A stretch of DNA of 32,000 nt from the NCBI GenBank assembly GCA_965219605.1, contig CBDCOC010000001.1, positions 1,001,325 through 1,033,324 of the forward strand, written 5' to 3'. This DNA comes from Bryobacterales bacterium (lineage in GTDB: Bacteria > Acidobacteriota > Terriglobia > Bryobacterales > UBA6623). The position numbers and the translations under genes were made by a program. Below the pieces are notes generated by a model. The model ran no database searches. It worked only from the letters and a program-made list of their open reading frames with translations, and was not told the DNA's origin. Shown here in pieces: positions 1 to 9,334 of the stretch. The first letter of the stretch is position 1. Each line of letters opens with the position of its first letter.

Positions 1-2
1 TT

Positions 3-341
3 CTATTATACCATTCAACTTGGGCACTTTGGTATATAATCCCCATTTCAATCCCCAATGCCCCCGAATGGCCCTTCGGAAAGTTCGAGCGGTGCTTGAG
101 GGAAATAGTGTGTCGCAAGAACAAACGAACAAGAGACCGTTCGCTGGCCAAGCAGTTCCTCTTGATTGTGACCGACGAGCCTTGGTTGGATGAAGCAACC
201 CTCGCCGATCACCTGAGCACCGTCAAACTGCAACGGCCGCGACACTTCGATGGCATCTACGTGATGATGTCTTACGTGCCCAATCCCGCTGGGAAGGGGC
301 ACGGGCACCACCCAGTCTTTGAAGTTTCCTGGGCAGGATAG
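3..341 (+). CDS. hypothetical protein, C-terminal part (reading frame open to the window edge)
   Basis: My own translation of this frame has no stop from position 3 to the TAG at 339-341 (the track starts it at a TTG at 96). Third-codon positions are mostly G/C and the peptide is not low-complexity (...LLIVTDEPWLDEATLADHLSTVKLQRPRHFDGIYVMMSY...). No family recognised. It competes with the overlapping minus-strand ORF 48..560. Confidence 0.4.
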   Translation, partial: LLYHSTWALWYIIPISIPNAPEWPFGKFERCLREIVCRKNKRTRDRSLAKQFLLIVTDEPWLDEATLADHLSTVKLQRPRHFDGIYVMMSYVPNPAGKGHGHHPVFEVSWAG

Positions 342-563
342 ACAGAGATACGCCTGGCAAGAGGCTCGAAACGCACCCATAATGGCCTCCAAGTACGCCT
401 CGATCTGGCGATTTGGCGGAGGGAGGCCGTGCTCAAGCTGGATGCTTGACCGGGCATGCGATCGTGCGCGTTGGCCTTTCCTTCTTTCCGCCTCCGCACA
501 AAGGGTGATCAGATCTTGGATGTAGTTTATAAATATTTTGATATCAACAACTTGCGACAAACA

Positions 564-659
<96 letters not shown>

Positions 660-878
660 GCGATTCGCCAATGCTGTCAATAATAGCAGATCGTTCGAGG
701 AGCAGCTTGCCAGCAGGGCCGTGCGATCCCGCGATCTATTGACGGGCATGGGCATTCCGTCGTACAGTGCGATTGATCGCGCCTAGCAGGTTCTCGCAGC
801 GCGAGTCGCAGCCCCGAGGGGGGGGGCGAGCGCATGGTGCCTGACCGGATCACTTCAACCGCCACAAATCTCCGTGCG

Positions 879-1150
879 ATGACTCCTTCATATTCGGATC
901 TCGTTCGCCGGCCTCCGGTCTCGATGCTGATCGCCGCTGCGCTGGCGCTGGCAACTCCGGCCGTGGCGCGGCCAGCGCCGGACTTCCAGGCGGAAGTCCG
1001 CCCCATCCTGCAGAAGTGCTTGCCCTGCCACGGCCCGGACGAGCACAGCCGCATGGCAGATCTCCGCCTGGATTCGCGCGAGGCCGCGACCGGCCAAGAC
1101 GGCGGGCGGGCAGGCTTGGTCCCGGGCGACAGCGACGCAAGCCGAATCCT
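879..1150 (+). pseudogene. N-terminal fragment of a PSCyt1-DUF1549-DUF1553 family protein (signal peptide plus cytochrome-c-like CxxCH region), cut off by the IS110 insertion
   Basis: The peptide MLIAAALALATPAVA...FQAEVRPILQKCLPCHGPDEHSRMADLRLDSREAA...GLVPGDSDASRIL matches the planctomycete cytochrome C (PSCyt1) N-terminal pattern up to about 1150. After that the frame becomes Arg/Ala/Gly-rich nonsense running through the IS. The start could be 879 or 924. Confidence 0.7.
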
Positions 1151-2817
1151 AGCCAGTCGCGCCCCCGGGCGGGGCCCGGATCATTCGGTTGGAAACACGT
1201 GGCTTGGCGTAGAATCAGAGCGGAGGGTTCCGGCAGTCAAGCCCCGTAATTTCATTGGTGCAGTATTTGCCCCAAAGCCAGTCTGGGTCCGGGCGAGCGA
1301 TCATTCACTAGCGAGGTTTCTTCGGAAGCACTCCTCAACACCAGCATTGCAGAGCAATTGCCAACCCGGGCCGGGGCCTTCCGTGTGTGAGACAGGAGCA
1401 GCAGGAGGGAGATATGGCAAGAGAGCAGCCGGAGCGGGACCTGCCGGTGCAGCGCCCGCAGGTGGCGGGGGTGGACCTCGGCAGCCGCGAGCACTGGGCC
1501 TGCGGGCCGCCACGTGCGGACGGCAGGCCCAACGTGCGCACGTTCGGCACGACCACCGCGCAGTTGGACGCGTTGGCGGACTGGCTGGCGGCCGAAGGCG
1601 TGGAATCGGTGGCGCTGGAGAGCACGTATGTGTACTGGATCCCATTGCACGAGTTGCTGGAGGAGCGCGGTTTCGAGGTGTTGCTGGTCAATGCGCGGCA
1701 GTTGAAGAACGTGCCGGGGCGCAAGACCGACATGCTGGACTGCCAGTGGCTACAGCGGCTGCACAGTTGCGGCCTGCTGCGGGGCTCGTTCCGGCCGCCC
1801 GAGACGGTGACGCAGCTGCGGGCGCTGCACCGGCAGTGGCAGAGCTTGGTGGCGGAGCGCACGCGCTGCGTGCAATGGATGCAGCGGGCGCTGGATCAGA
1901 TGAACGTGCAGGTGCATCGGGCGGTGACGGATCTGACGGGGCAGACAGGCATGGCGATCGTGCGTGCGATCGTGGCGGGGCAGCGCGATGCGGAGCAGTT
2001 GGCGCAGTTGCGCTCGGGGCGCTGCAAGCACACGGAGGAGCAGTTCGTGGAGTACCTGAGCGGCAACTGGCGGGAGGAGCACCTGTTCAACCTGCGCAGT
2101 GCGCTGCGGCTGTACGACGCGGTGCAGGCCGAGATGGACGGTTACGAGCAGAAGCTGCAAGAGGATCTGCAGCAGCAGGCGGGCGAGGAATGCAGCGCGG
2201 AGGAGTGTCCGCGGCACCCGAACGCGGCCAAGGAGAAAGCCATCCGAAGGCGGGGTGAGCAGCCGCTGCGGACGGCGCTGTACCGCTACGCGAGCGTGGA
2301 TCTGACGCGCATCGACGGGATTAGCGCGGGGGCGGCGCGCACGATCCTGACCGAGTTGGGGACGGATCTGGGGTCGTTTCCGAGCGAGCGGCATTTCACG
2401 AGCTGGCTGGGCCTGGCGCCGCGGCACGCGGTATCGGGCGGGCAGCAGTTGGCGGGCAAGCGGCAGCGCGGGCTGGGAGCGACGCGCACGTCGAACGCGC
2501 TGCGCATGGCGGCGACGGCGCTGATCCGGTCCAAGTCGGCGCTGGGGGCGGCGCTGCGCCGCAAGGCGCGGCACAAGGGGATGAAGACGGCGGTGTTCGC
2601 CACCGCCCGCAAGCTGGCGGTGTTGGTATACCGCATGCTGCGCTTCGGCCAGGACTACGTTGACGAGGGCGAGGCGGCCTACGAGCAGCGCCATCGCCAA
2701 CGGACCTTGGCCTACCTCAAAACGACAGCTAAGGATCTCGGCTACCAGCTGCTTCCCGACACTGCACAAACTGCTTCCCGGGACGCTGTGGGGGCAGGGG
2801 CGGGCTAGGGTGTTTCA
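1151..2817 (+). mobile_element. IS110-family insertion sequence, about 1.67 kb, boundaries approximate (plus or minus 15 bp)
   Basis: It carries a DEDD/IS110-type transposase. No terminal inverted repeats are visible, as expected for IS110. Boundaries were inferred by rejoining the host gene in frame: ...DASRIL(1150) joined to (2818)TRVTSETRPMPP... restores the usual PSCyt1 spacing S-x-L-x-x-R-V-T-S...MPP. The left non-coding end is long (about 263 bp) and the right one very short (about 9 bp). Confidence 0.7.
1414..2808 (+). CDS. IS110 family transposase (DEDD N-terminal domain plus Transposase_20-like C-terminal domain)
   Basis: ATG at 1414 is preceded by AGGAGG. DEDD-like motifs are VAGVDLGSREH, VALESTYVYW and GRKTDMLDCQWL. 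The C-terminal helix-hairpin-helix-like region is LTRIDGISAGAARTILTELG...FPSERHFTSWLGLAPRHAVSGGQ. Confidence 0.85.
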   Translation: MAREQPERDLPVQRPQVAGVDLGSREHWACGPPRADGRPNVRTFGTTTAQLDALADWLAAEGVESVALESTYVYWIPLHELLEERGFEVLLVNARQLKNVPGRKTDMLDCQWLQRLHSCGLLRGSFRPPETVTQLRALHRQWQSLVAERTRCVQWMQRALDQMNVQVHRAVTDLTGQTGMAIVRAIVAGQRDAEQLAQLRSGRCKHTEEQFVEYLSGNWREEHLFNLRSALRLYDAVQAEMDGYEQKLQEDLQQQAGEECSAEECPRHPNAAKEKAIRRRGEQPLRTALYRYASVDLTRIDGISAGAARTILTELGTDLGSFPSERHFTSWLGLAPRHAVSGGQQLAGKRQRGLGATRTSNALRMAATALIRSKSALGAALRRKARHKGMKTAVFATARKLAVLVYRMLRFGQDYVDEGEAAYEQRHRQRTLAYLKTTAKDLGYQLLPDTAQTASRDAVGAGAG

Positions 2818-5254
2818 CACCAGGGTAACGTCGGAGACGAGACCCATGCCGCCCAATGGAGACCGCTTGAGCGCTGCGGAGGTCGAGACACTCAGACTCT
2901 GGATCGACGCCGGGGCCGAATACCGGCGCCATTGGGCCTTCGTTCGCCCGGCCAGCCCGCGGGTTCCAGAGGTCGCTGGCCAAGCGTGGGCTAGGAACCC
3001 GATCGACCATTTCGTGCTCGCCAAGCTGGAAGCCGCCGGCCTGGCGCCCTCCGGCGAGGCAGATCGCTACACCTTGGCGCGCAGGCTGTCCCTCGACCTG
3101 ACAGGCCTGCCGCCCGAGCCGGAAGCCGTCGAGGAGTTCGCCTCCGACCGCTCTGCCGATGCATACGAGAGATTCGTAGCCGCGCTGCTGCATTCGAGCG
3201 CATACGGCGAGCGCTGGGCCAGCGTCTGGCTCGACCTGGCGCGCTACGCCGACTCGATGGGCTACGAGAAGGACACCCTGCGGACGATCTGGCCGTACCG
3301 CGACTGGGTCGTGCGCGCCTTCAACGAAAACATGCCTTTTGACGAGTTCACCGTCCAGCAGCTGGCCGGCGACCTGCTGCCCGAGCCGACCGACGAGCAG
3401 CGGATCGCGACCGGCTTTCACCGCAACACGATGACCAACACCGAGGGCGGGACCGACGACGAGGAGTTTCGCGACGCGGCGGTCAAGGACAGGACCGCCA
3501 CAACGGGCCAGGTATGGATGGGGCTGACCGTCGGCTGCGCCCAGTGCCACTCCCACAAGTACGACCCGATCTCGCACAAGGAGTACTACTCTCTCTACGC
3601 TTTCTTCAACCAGACCGCGGACGCCGACAAGGACGATGACAGCCCGAGACTGGCGCTCTCGGAGCAAGTGTCCACGCCGGTCCTGCGAGACTTGCCTGCC
3701 GCGGAGCGGCGCGAGACCTTCGTCCACCGGAGCGGGAATTTCCGGAACTTGGGCGAGCGGGTCACGGCCGGCGTGCCGGCCGCATTCCACCCCCTGCCGC
3801 CCGGAGCGCCCGCCAACCGGCTGGGCTTGGCGCGCTGGATCGTCTCCGGCAAGAACCCGCTCACGGCCCGCGTCGCGGTGAATCGACTCTGGGCCAGCCT
3901 CTTCGGCCGGGGTATCGTCACGACGGAAGAGGACTTCGGAACGCAAGGCGAGCCGCCGACCCACCCGCAACTCCTCGACTGGCTCGCGACGGAGTTCATG
4001 CGCAGGGGCTGGGATGTCAAGGCCATCCTCGCGCTCATGGTCACGTCAGCCACGTACCGGCAAGCATCGGACGGCACGCCGGAACGGCTGGCAGCGGATC
4101 CCGACAACGCCCTGCTTTCCAGGGGCCCGCGCTTCCGCCTGTCCGCCGAGATGCTCCGGGACCAGGCCTTGGCAGCCAGCGGCCTGCTTGCGGCCAGGCT
4201 CGGCGGGACCCCGGTAATGCCGTGGCAGCCGGAAGGCATCTGGAAGGTCGTTTACAGCAGCAAGCAGTGGGAGACCAGCCCCGGACAGGACCGCTACCGC
4301 CGGGCGCTGTACACGCTCTGGCGGCGCACGTCCCCCTATCCCTCGATGACGACCTTTGACGCGCCTTCGGGGGAGACCTGCACGATCCGCCGGATTCGGA
4401 CCAATACGCCGCTGCAAGCCCTGGTAACACTCAACGATCCCACGTTGATGGAGGCCGCGCAGCACCTCGCCAGGCGTTCTGCGGTCTCGGGCGTGTCGAG
4501 CGCCGCCGGGCGCGTGGATCATATGTTCCGGCGCGTGCTGGCGCGTCCGGCCTCAGGCCGGGAGCGCGAGCGATTGCTCGAATTGCGCGATGCAGCCGCC
4601 GAAGAGCTGCGCCGGAACAGCGGCAATGCGCTCAAGCTGGCCAATTACGACTTGGTGCTGTACGCCGGAGAGCGGCGCGCGGCCTTGGTCGGCGATGCGC
4701 GGGCAGACCCGCCGACCTGGCGCTACACGACCGACCAGCCCAGCGAGCAGTGGGCTGCCCCGGGATTTGACGACTCGCACTGGAGAACCGGTCCGTCCGC
4801 ATTCGGATTCACCGCGAAGGACAACGCCGAGAGCAAGGACCCGCATGCCGCGCGCATCGGCACGCGCTGGGACACGGAGAGCCTTTGGGCACGTCTCGAG
4901 TTTGACCTGGCCGAGGCAGAGGTCGAGGGGCTGCGCTTCGAAGCGCGGCATTCCGGCGCGTTTCACGCCTACATCAACGGGGTCTTCGCCGGAGAGGATC
5001 TTGACGGCTCTGGGTCTTACGCGCCGTACGGCCTCACGCCCGAGGCACGCCGCGCTCTTCGGCCTGGCCGCAACGTGCTTTCCGTACGCGCGGTCCACAC
5101 CGGCCTGAGCGGCGCTCCCCGGCACGTTGACGTGGGGCTGACCATGCTGCGCCGCCCCGAATTGCCCGGCGGCCCCTCCACGCCGGAGGAGGCGGCATGG
5201 GTAGCGGTGGCGAACGTGGTGCTGAATCTTGACGAGGCCCTCACGAAGCGGTGA
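2818..5254 (+). pseudogene. Remainder of the IS-disrupted PSCyt1-DUF1549-DUF1553 gene (end of PSCyt1, PSCyt2/DUF1549, PSD/DUF1553, extra C-terminal beta-sandwich-like segment)
   Basis: ...RVTSETRPMPPNGDRLSAAEVETLRLWIDAGAEY is the end of PSCyt1. HWAFVRP...NPIDHFVLAKLEAAGL..., YADSMGYEKD, GLTVGCAQCHSHKYDPISHKEYY and TFDAPSGETCTIRRIRTNTPLQAL are hallmark DUF1549/DUF1553 motifs. This piece has no signal peptide or credible start of its own. Confidence 0.8.
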
Positions 5255-5259
5255 AGAGA

Positions 5260-6699
5260 ATGTCCATCCGCACGGAACTCGCCCGGCACCGGACGCGCAG
5301 GCATTTCTTGCAGGGCTGCCCGCTGGGCCTCGCGTCGATCTATCTCGGGTCGCTGCGCGCGGCCCCGCCCGATCACTCGCTGCAGCGCAAGCAGCCGCAC
5401 CATGCGCCCAAGGCCAGGTCCGTCATCTACCTGCACATGGCTGGCGGCCCCTCGCAATTGGAGCTGTTCGACCCCAAGCCCGAACTCCAGAAGCACAGCG
5501 GCGCCGCCTGCCCTCGGCACCTGCTGGAGGGCAAGCGCTTCGCCTTCATCAAGGGCGTTCCCCAGATGCTGGGCACGCCATACGCATTCCACAGGGCGGG
5601 CCAGTCCGGCACTTGGGTGAGCGAACTGCTGCCCCACTTCTCCCAGGTGGCGGACGAAACGGCCATCATCCGCTCGATGACCACCGAGGAGTTCAACCAC
5701 GCCCCGGCCCAGCTGCTGCTGCAAACCGGCAGCGCCCGCCTTGGAGCGGCGTCGATCGGCGCCTGGGCCACGTACGGCCTTGGCACGGAGAACCAAGACC
5801 TGCCCGGCTTCGTCGTCCTGGTCAGCGGCAACAAGACTCCCAGCGCGGGCAAGAGCCTGTGGGGCAGCGGCTTTCTCCCCTCGGTCTACCAAGGGGTGCA
5901 GTGCCGCGGCCAGGGAGAACCCGTGTTGTTCCTGAACAACCCAGAGGGGATGAGCCGATCCTTGCGCCGGTCGACACTGGACGCGCTCGGCGACCTCAAT
6001 CGCATGCAGCACGAGGCCGCGGGGCATCCCGACACGCTGTCGCGCATCGAACAGTACGAGCTGGCGTACCGCATGCAGGCCTCGGTGCCGGACGTGATGG
6101 ACATCGCCAAGGAGCCGGACTCGGTGCAGGCCCTGTACGGGACCAAGCCGGGCCAGATCTCGTTCGCCAACAACTGCCTGCTGGCGCGGCGCTTGGTCGA
6201 GAGCGGGGTGCGGTTCGTGCAGTTGTACGACTGGGGCTGGGATCATCACGGCAACGCGCGCCGCACGGACATCCGCTACGATCTCCCCGACCGGGCGCGA
6301 GACATTGACCGCCCGATGGCTGCCTTGATCGCGGATCTCAAGCAGCGCGGCCTGCTTGGCCAGACTTTGATTGTGTGGGGCGGCGAATTCGGGCGCACCC
6401 CCATGCGCGAGAACCGCCAGGGCGACAAGACCGAGTACTACGGTCGCGACCACCACCCCTTCGCGTTCACCATGTGGATGGCCGGCGGCGGCATCAAGGG
6501 CGGCGTCGATCTGGGATCCAGTGACGACATCGGCTACTACGTCGATCAAGATCCGGTGACGCCGCGCGACTTGCAGGCCACTCTGCTGCACCTGCTGGGA
6601 CTGGATCCGTACGAATTGCACTACCGGCACCAAGGTCTCAAGCAGAGGCTTATCGGCCCGACCGGCGAAGGGCGCATCCTGCGACAAGCGCTGGTCTAG
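5260..6699 (+). CDS. DUF1501 domain protein (sulfatase-fold, Tat signal)
   Basis: N-terminal twin-arginine motif HRTRRHFLQG. The rest is typical DUF1501 (VIYLHMAGGPSQLELFDPKP..., WGGEFGRTPM..., GRDHHPFAFTMWMAGGG). The start overlaps or abuts the upstream stop (GTG at 5251 is an alternative), and this is the canonical partner gene of DUF1549/DUF1553 proteins. Confidence 0.9.
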   Translation: MSIRTELARHRTRRHFLQGCPLGLASIYLGSLRAAPPDHSLQRKQPHHAPKARSVIYLHMAGGPSQLELFDPKPELQKHSGAACPRHLLEGKRFAFIKGVPQMLGTPYAFHRAGQSGTWVSELLPHFSQVADETAIIRSMTTEEFNHAPAQLLLQTGSARLGAASIGAWATYGLGTENQDLPGFVVLVSGNKTPSAGKSLWGSGFLPSVYQGVQCRGQGEPVLFLNNPEGMSRSLRRSTLDALGDLNRMQHEAAGHPDTLSRIEQYELAYRMQASVPDVMDIAKEPDSVQALYGTKPGQISFANNCLLARRLVESGVRFVQLYDWGWDHHGNARRTDIRYDLPDRARDIDRPMAALIADLKQRGLLGQTLIVWGGEFGRTPMRENRQGDKTEYYGRDHHPFAFTMWMAGGGIKGGVDLGSSDDIGYYVDQDPVTPRDLQATLLHLLGLDPYELHYRHQGLKQRLIGPTGEGRILRQALV

Positions 6700-6801
6700 C
6701 CGGGATCGGTGCCGGCCGCGGCTGCGACAAGCCCGGACGTGGCGCTGCGGATCGCGGTCGGAACTGCCGCCCCGCTTCCGCTCCGTGCTACCTTCAGGCC
6801 A

Positions 6802-8439
6802 ATGATCCGTTTCCTGGCCGCCTTCCTGCTCGCCACGCTGGCCTGCGCTTTCGGCGAGGACCGGCCGAACATCATCGTCATCCTGCTCGACGATCTCGGC
6901 TATTCCGACCTGGGCTGCTACGGCGGCGAGATTGACACGCCCAACATTGACGCGCTGGCCGCGGGCGGCGTCCGCTTCGAGTCCTTCTACAACTCCGCGC
7001 GCTGCTGCCCGAGCCGGGCCGCGCTGATGACTGGTCTGTACCCTCCGCAGGCTGGCATCGCCAGTTTCACCACGCGCGAGCCGCACCCCAGCCGCGGCCC
7101 GGCCTACCTGGGCCGCCTGAACGACCGCTGCGTCACGCTCGGCGAAACGCTGGGCAAGGCCGGCTACAGCTGCTACTACGTGGGCAAGTGGCACCTGCAC
7201 GACCAGACCGGGCCGACCCAGCGCGGCTTCGAGGAGTTCTTCGGCTATGCCTTCGAGCATTCGCACGACCAATGGGATGCCGACTACTACGCGCGCTTGC
7301 CCGCAGGGCGCGCGAAGGAGATCGACAGGCCCCGGGGAGAGTTCTACGCCACCGACGTGTTCAGCGCATACGCCTTGGAGTTCATCCGCCAAGGCCAGCG
7401 CCGGGGGCGGCCTTGGTTCGTTTTCCTCGGCCACTCTTCCCCGCACTTCCCCCTGCAGGCGCCGCCCGCAAGCGCCGACAAGTACTTCGCCAGGTACCTG
7501 CGCGGCTGGGACGCGCTGCGCGAGGAGCGCTACGCCCGCATGCAGAGAATCGGCCTCGTCGACAGCCGGCGCTGGACGCTCAGCAAGCGGTCGCTCGTGC
7601 CGGTCGACCGGGAGGACATCGCCAACGGATTCCCCGGCCGGCCGAACCCGGCCTGGACGACCATTGCCCCGCAACGGCGGCAAGACCTCGCCCGGCGCAT
7701 GGCGCTGTTCGCGGCCATGGTCGAGCACGTGGACCGCGGCGTTGGCCGGATCATGGACCACCTGCGCGCGACGGGCGACTTTGACAACACGCTGGTGCTG
7801 CTGCTGAGCGACAACGGCGCGTGCTACGAATGGGGGCCCTACGGCTTTGACGGGCGCAGCCGCGAAGGCCTGACAACCCTGCACACGGGCGACGCCCTGC
7901 GGAGCATGGGAGGGCCGGGATCCTATCACTCCTACGGCAGCGGCTGGGCGAACCTCGGCAACACGCCCTTCCGGCTGTACAAGCATTTCACGCACGAGGG
8001 CGGCACGGCCACTCCGTTCATCGCCCACTGGCCACGCGGCATCGAGGCGGCCGGGACCTGGGTGCGCGAGCGCGGCCACATCATCGACGTGATGCCCACG
8101 CTGCGGGCCGCCGCCGGCGCGGGCTACCCGCTGCATTTCGCCGGAAGGGCGGTCCAGCCCGAAGAGGGCGTCAGCCTGCTGCCGGCCTTCAACGGCGCGG
8201 CACTGCCCGAGCGGCCGCTGTACTTCGAGCACCAGGCGGCGCGCGGGCTGATCCGGGGCGACTGGAAGCTCGTCCGGGGCAAGCGCATGCCCGCGGAAAT
8301 CGACTGGGAGCTCTACAACCTCAGCAACGACCGCACCGAGACCACGAATCTGGCGGCGCGCCACCCGGATCGCGTCAGGAGCATGGCGCAAGAATGGGAA
8401 GACTATGCCGAGCGCACCGGGATTTCGTGGGAGAGATAG
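6802..8439 (+). CDS. arylsulfatase (formylglycine-dependent sulfatase family)
   Basis: Signal peptide MIRFLAAFLLATLACAFG followed by RPNIIVILLDDLGYSDLGCYGG and the CxPxR sulfatase signature CCPSRAALMTG. Later motifs are GKWHLH and LLLSDNGA. The ORF track start at 6709 is probably too far upstream. Confidence 0.9.
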   Translation: MIRFLAAFLLATLACAFGEDRPNIIVILLDDLGYSDLGCYGGEIDTPNIDALAAGGVRFESFYNSARCCPSRAALMTGLYPPQAGIASFTTREPHPSRGPAYLGRLNDRCVTLGETLGKAGYSCYYVGKWHLHDQTGPTQRGFEEFFGYAFEHSHDQWDADYYARLPAGRAKEIDRPRGEFYATDVFSAYALEFIRQGQRRGRPWFVFLGHSSPHFPLQAPPASADKYFARYLRGWDALREERYARMQRIGLVDSRRWTLSKRSLVPVDREDIANGFPGRPNPAWTTIAPQRRQDLARRMALFAAMVEHVDRGVGRIMDHLRATGDFDNTLVLLLSDNGACYEWGPYGFDGRSREGLTTLHTGDALRSMGGPGSYHSYGSGWANLGNTPFRLYKHFTHEGGTATPFIAHWPRGIEAAGTWVRERGHIIDVMPTLRAAAGAGYPLHFAGRAVQPEEGVSLLPAFNGAALPERPLYFEHQAARGLIRGDWKLVRGKRMPAEIDWELYNLSNDRTETTNLAARHPDRVRSMAQEWEDYAERTGISWER

Positions 8440-8773
8440 CGCCCCCCACGAGGGCGGGATCAGCCTCCAGCGTTGCGCGTCGCCGCGCAGGAGTTTTCGG
8501 GGCCGATCCGGATCCGGCAATGACGGGACACCCCGCCATGACAGCCACAGCGCTCGCGCCCTGAGAGCGCCTGATGCAAGAGCGCTTACCCCCTGAGCAC
8601 GCAGACGGAGACACCGCGCGGCAGGCCCGACCCTCGCCTGTGCGGCGAGCAGGGACCGCGGCGCCGGCGGCGCACGAGGCTTGACCGGATTCCGCATCGC
8701 TGCCCCAAGTGAGGTTCAAATCACGATGCACAATATCTTACAGCAACACACTAAGATTTTTTTAGCGATTCGC

Positions 8774-8801
8774 TTGACAAACAACCCCGGAGGTGTATAC
8801 T
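8774..8801 (+). promoter_or_regulatory. candidate sigma70-type promoter of hsp20 (TTGACA-N16-TATACT)
   Basis: TTGACA at 8774-8779 and TATACT at 8796-8801, about 40 nt upstream of the hsp20 start. An AAGGAGG Shine-Dalgarno lies 7 nt before the ATG. Confidence 0.4.
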
Positions 8802-8840
8802 GAGGTCGTAGCAGGCATTTCTGCCAAGGAGGAAACCCAA

Positions 8841-9242
8841 ATGACTCTGCTTAGCCACACTCCCTTCAACGCTTGGCGCGACCTGTCCACGGCCTTTGCC
8901 GGGCTGCCGGCGGTCGACCGCTGGGTGCCGTCGTTCGACGTGCAGGAGAACGACTCGGCCTACGTGCTGCGCGGCGATCTTCCGGGCATGTCCCAAGAGG
9001 AGATCGAGGTGCGGGTTGACGACGGCTTCCTAACCGTGCGGGGCGAGCGAACCACCGGCGACAACGCCGAGGCGGGCCAGATCCGCTGCGAGCGGCCGGC
9101 CGGGAAGTTCGAGCGGACTTACCGCCTGCCGGAGGACGCCAACGAATCGGCGGTCACGGCAAGCTATGTCAACGGCGTGCTCGAGCTGCAGGTGCCCAAG
9201 CAGGAGCCGGTCGACACGGCGCGGCTGATCCCGGTCAACTAA
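8841..9242 (+). CDS. Hsp20/alpha-crystallin family small heat-shock protein
   Basis: Alpha-crystallin domain pattern: PSFDVQENDSAYVLRGDLPGMSQEEIEVRVDDGFLTVRGER...GKFERTYRLPEDANESAVTASYVNGVLELQVPK. Strong RBS before the ATG at 8841. Confidence 0.9.
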   Translation: MTLLSHTPFNAWRDLSTAFAGLPAVDRWVPSFDVQENDSAYVLRGDLPGMSQEEIEVRVDDGFLTVRGERTTGDNAEAGQIRCERPAGKFERTYRLPEDANESAVTASYVNGVLELQVPKQEPVDTARLIPVN

Positions 9243-9286
9243 AGACTGCCCGCACGCGGGGGCGGCGACAATGCCGCGCCGCTCCC

Positions 9287-9301
9287 GCCCCGCAACGGGG
9301 C
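9287..9301. terminator. weak candidate bidirectional hairpin between convergent hsp20 and the MFS gene
   Basis: GCCCCG-CAA-CGGGGC, a 6-bp GC stem, between the two convergent stop codons. There is no U-tract, so this is speculative. Confidence 0.2.
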
Positions 9302-9334
9302 AGGAACGAGCTGTGCCGGGCGCGGCTGGGGGCC

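Noticed and set aside
48-560. 170-aa minus-strand ORF at the window start
   Set aside because: It overlaps the plus-strand frame, which shows the better third-position GC bias and is open to the window edge. No motifs were recognised. It is kept only as an alternative to feature 3..341.
834-2258. 474-aa plus-strand ORF
   Set aside because: Only the first 105 residues or so (the PSCyt1 N-terminus) look real. The rest is an out-of-frame read-through across the IS110 element and its transposase gene, producing Ala/Gly/Arg-rich nonsense.
2660-2817. N-terminal extension of the 864-aa ORF (start of the DUF1549/DUF1553 reading frame at 2660)
   Set aside because: This part overlaps the 3' end of the IS110 transposase gene in another frame. 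The true host-gene sequence only resumes at about 2818.
5017-8697. 1226-aa ORF on the minus strand
   Set aside because: It is antisense to three well-supported plus-strand genes (DUF1553 tail, DUF1501, sulfatase). The product is Arg/Ala/Gly/Pro-rich and low in complexity with no motifs. This is a typical high-GC shadow ORF.
8803-8840. Possible RNA thermometer or CIRCE-like element in the hsp20 5' region
   Set aside because: Only a 4-bp GCAG/CTGC stem is present, there is no CIRCE consensus (TTAGCACTC-N9-GAGTGCTAA), and no ROSE-like structure could be argued by eye.
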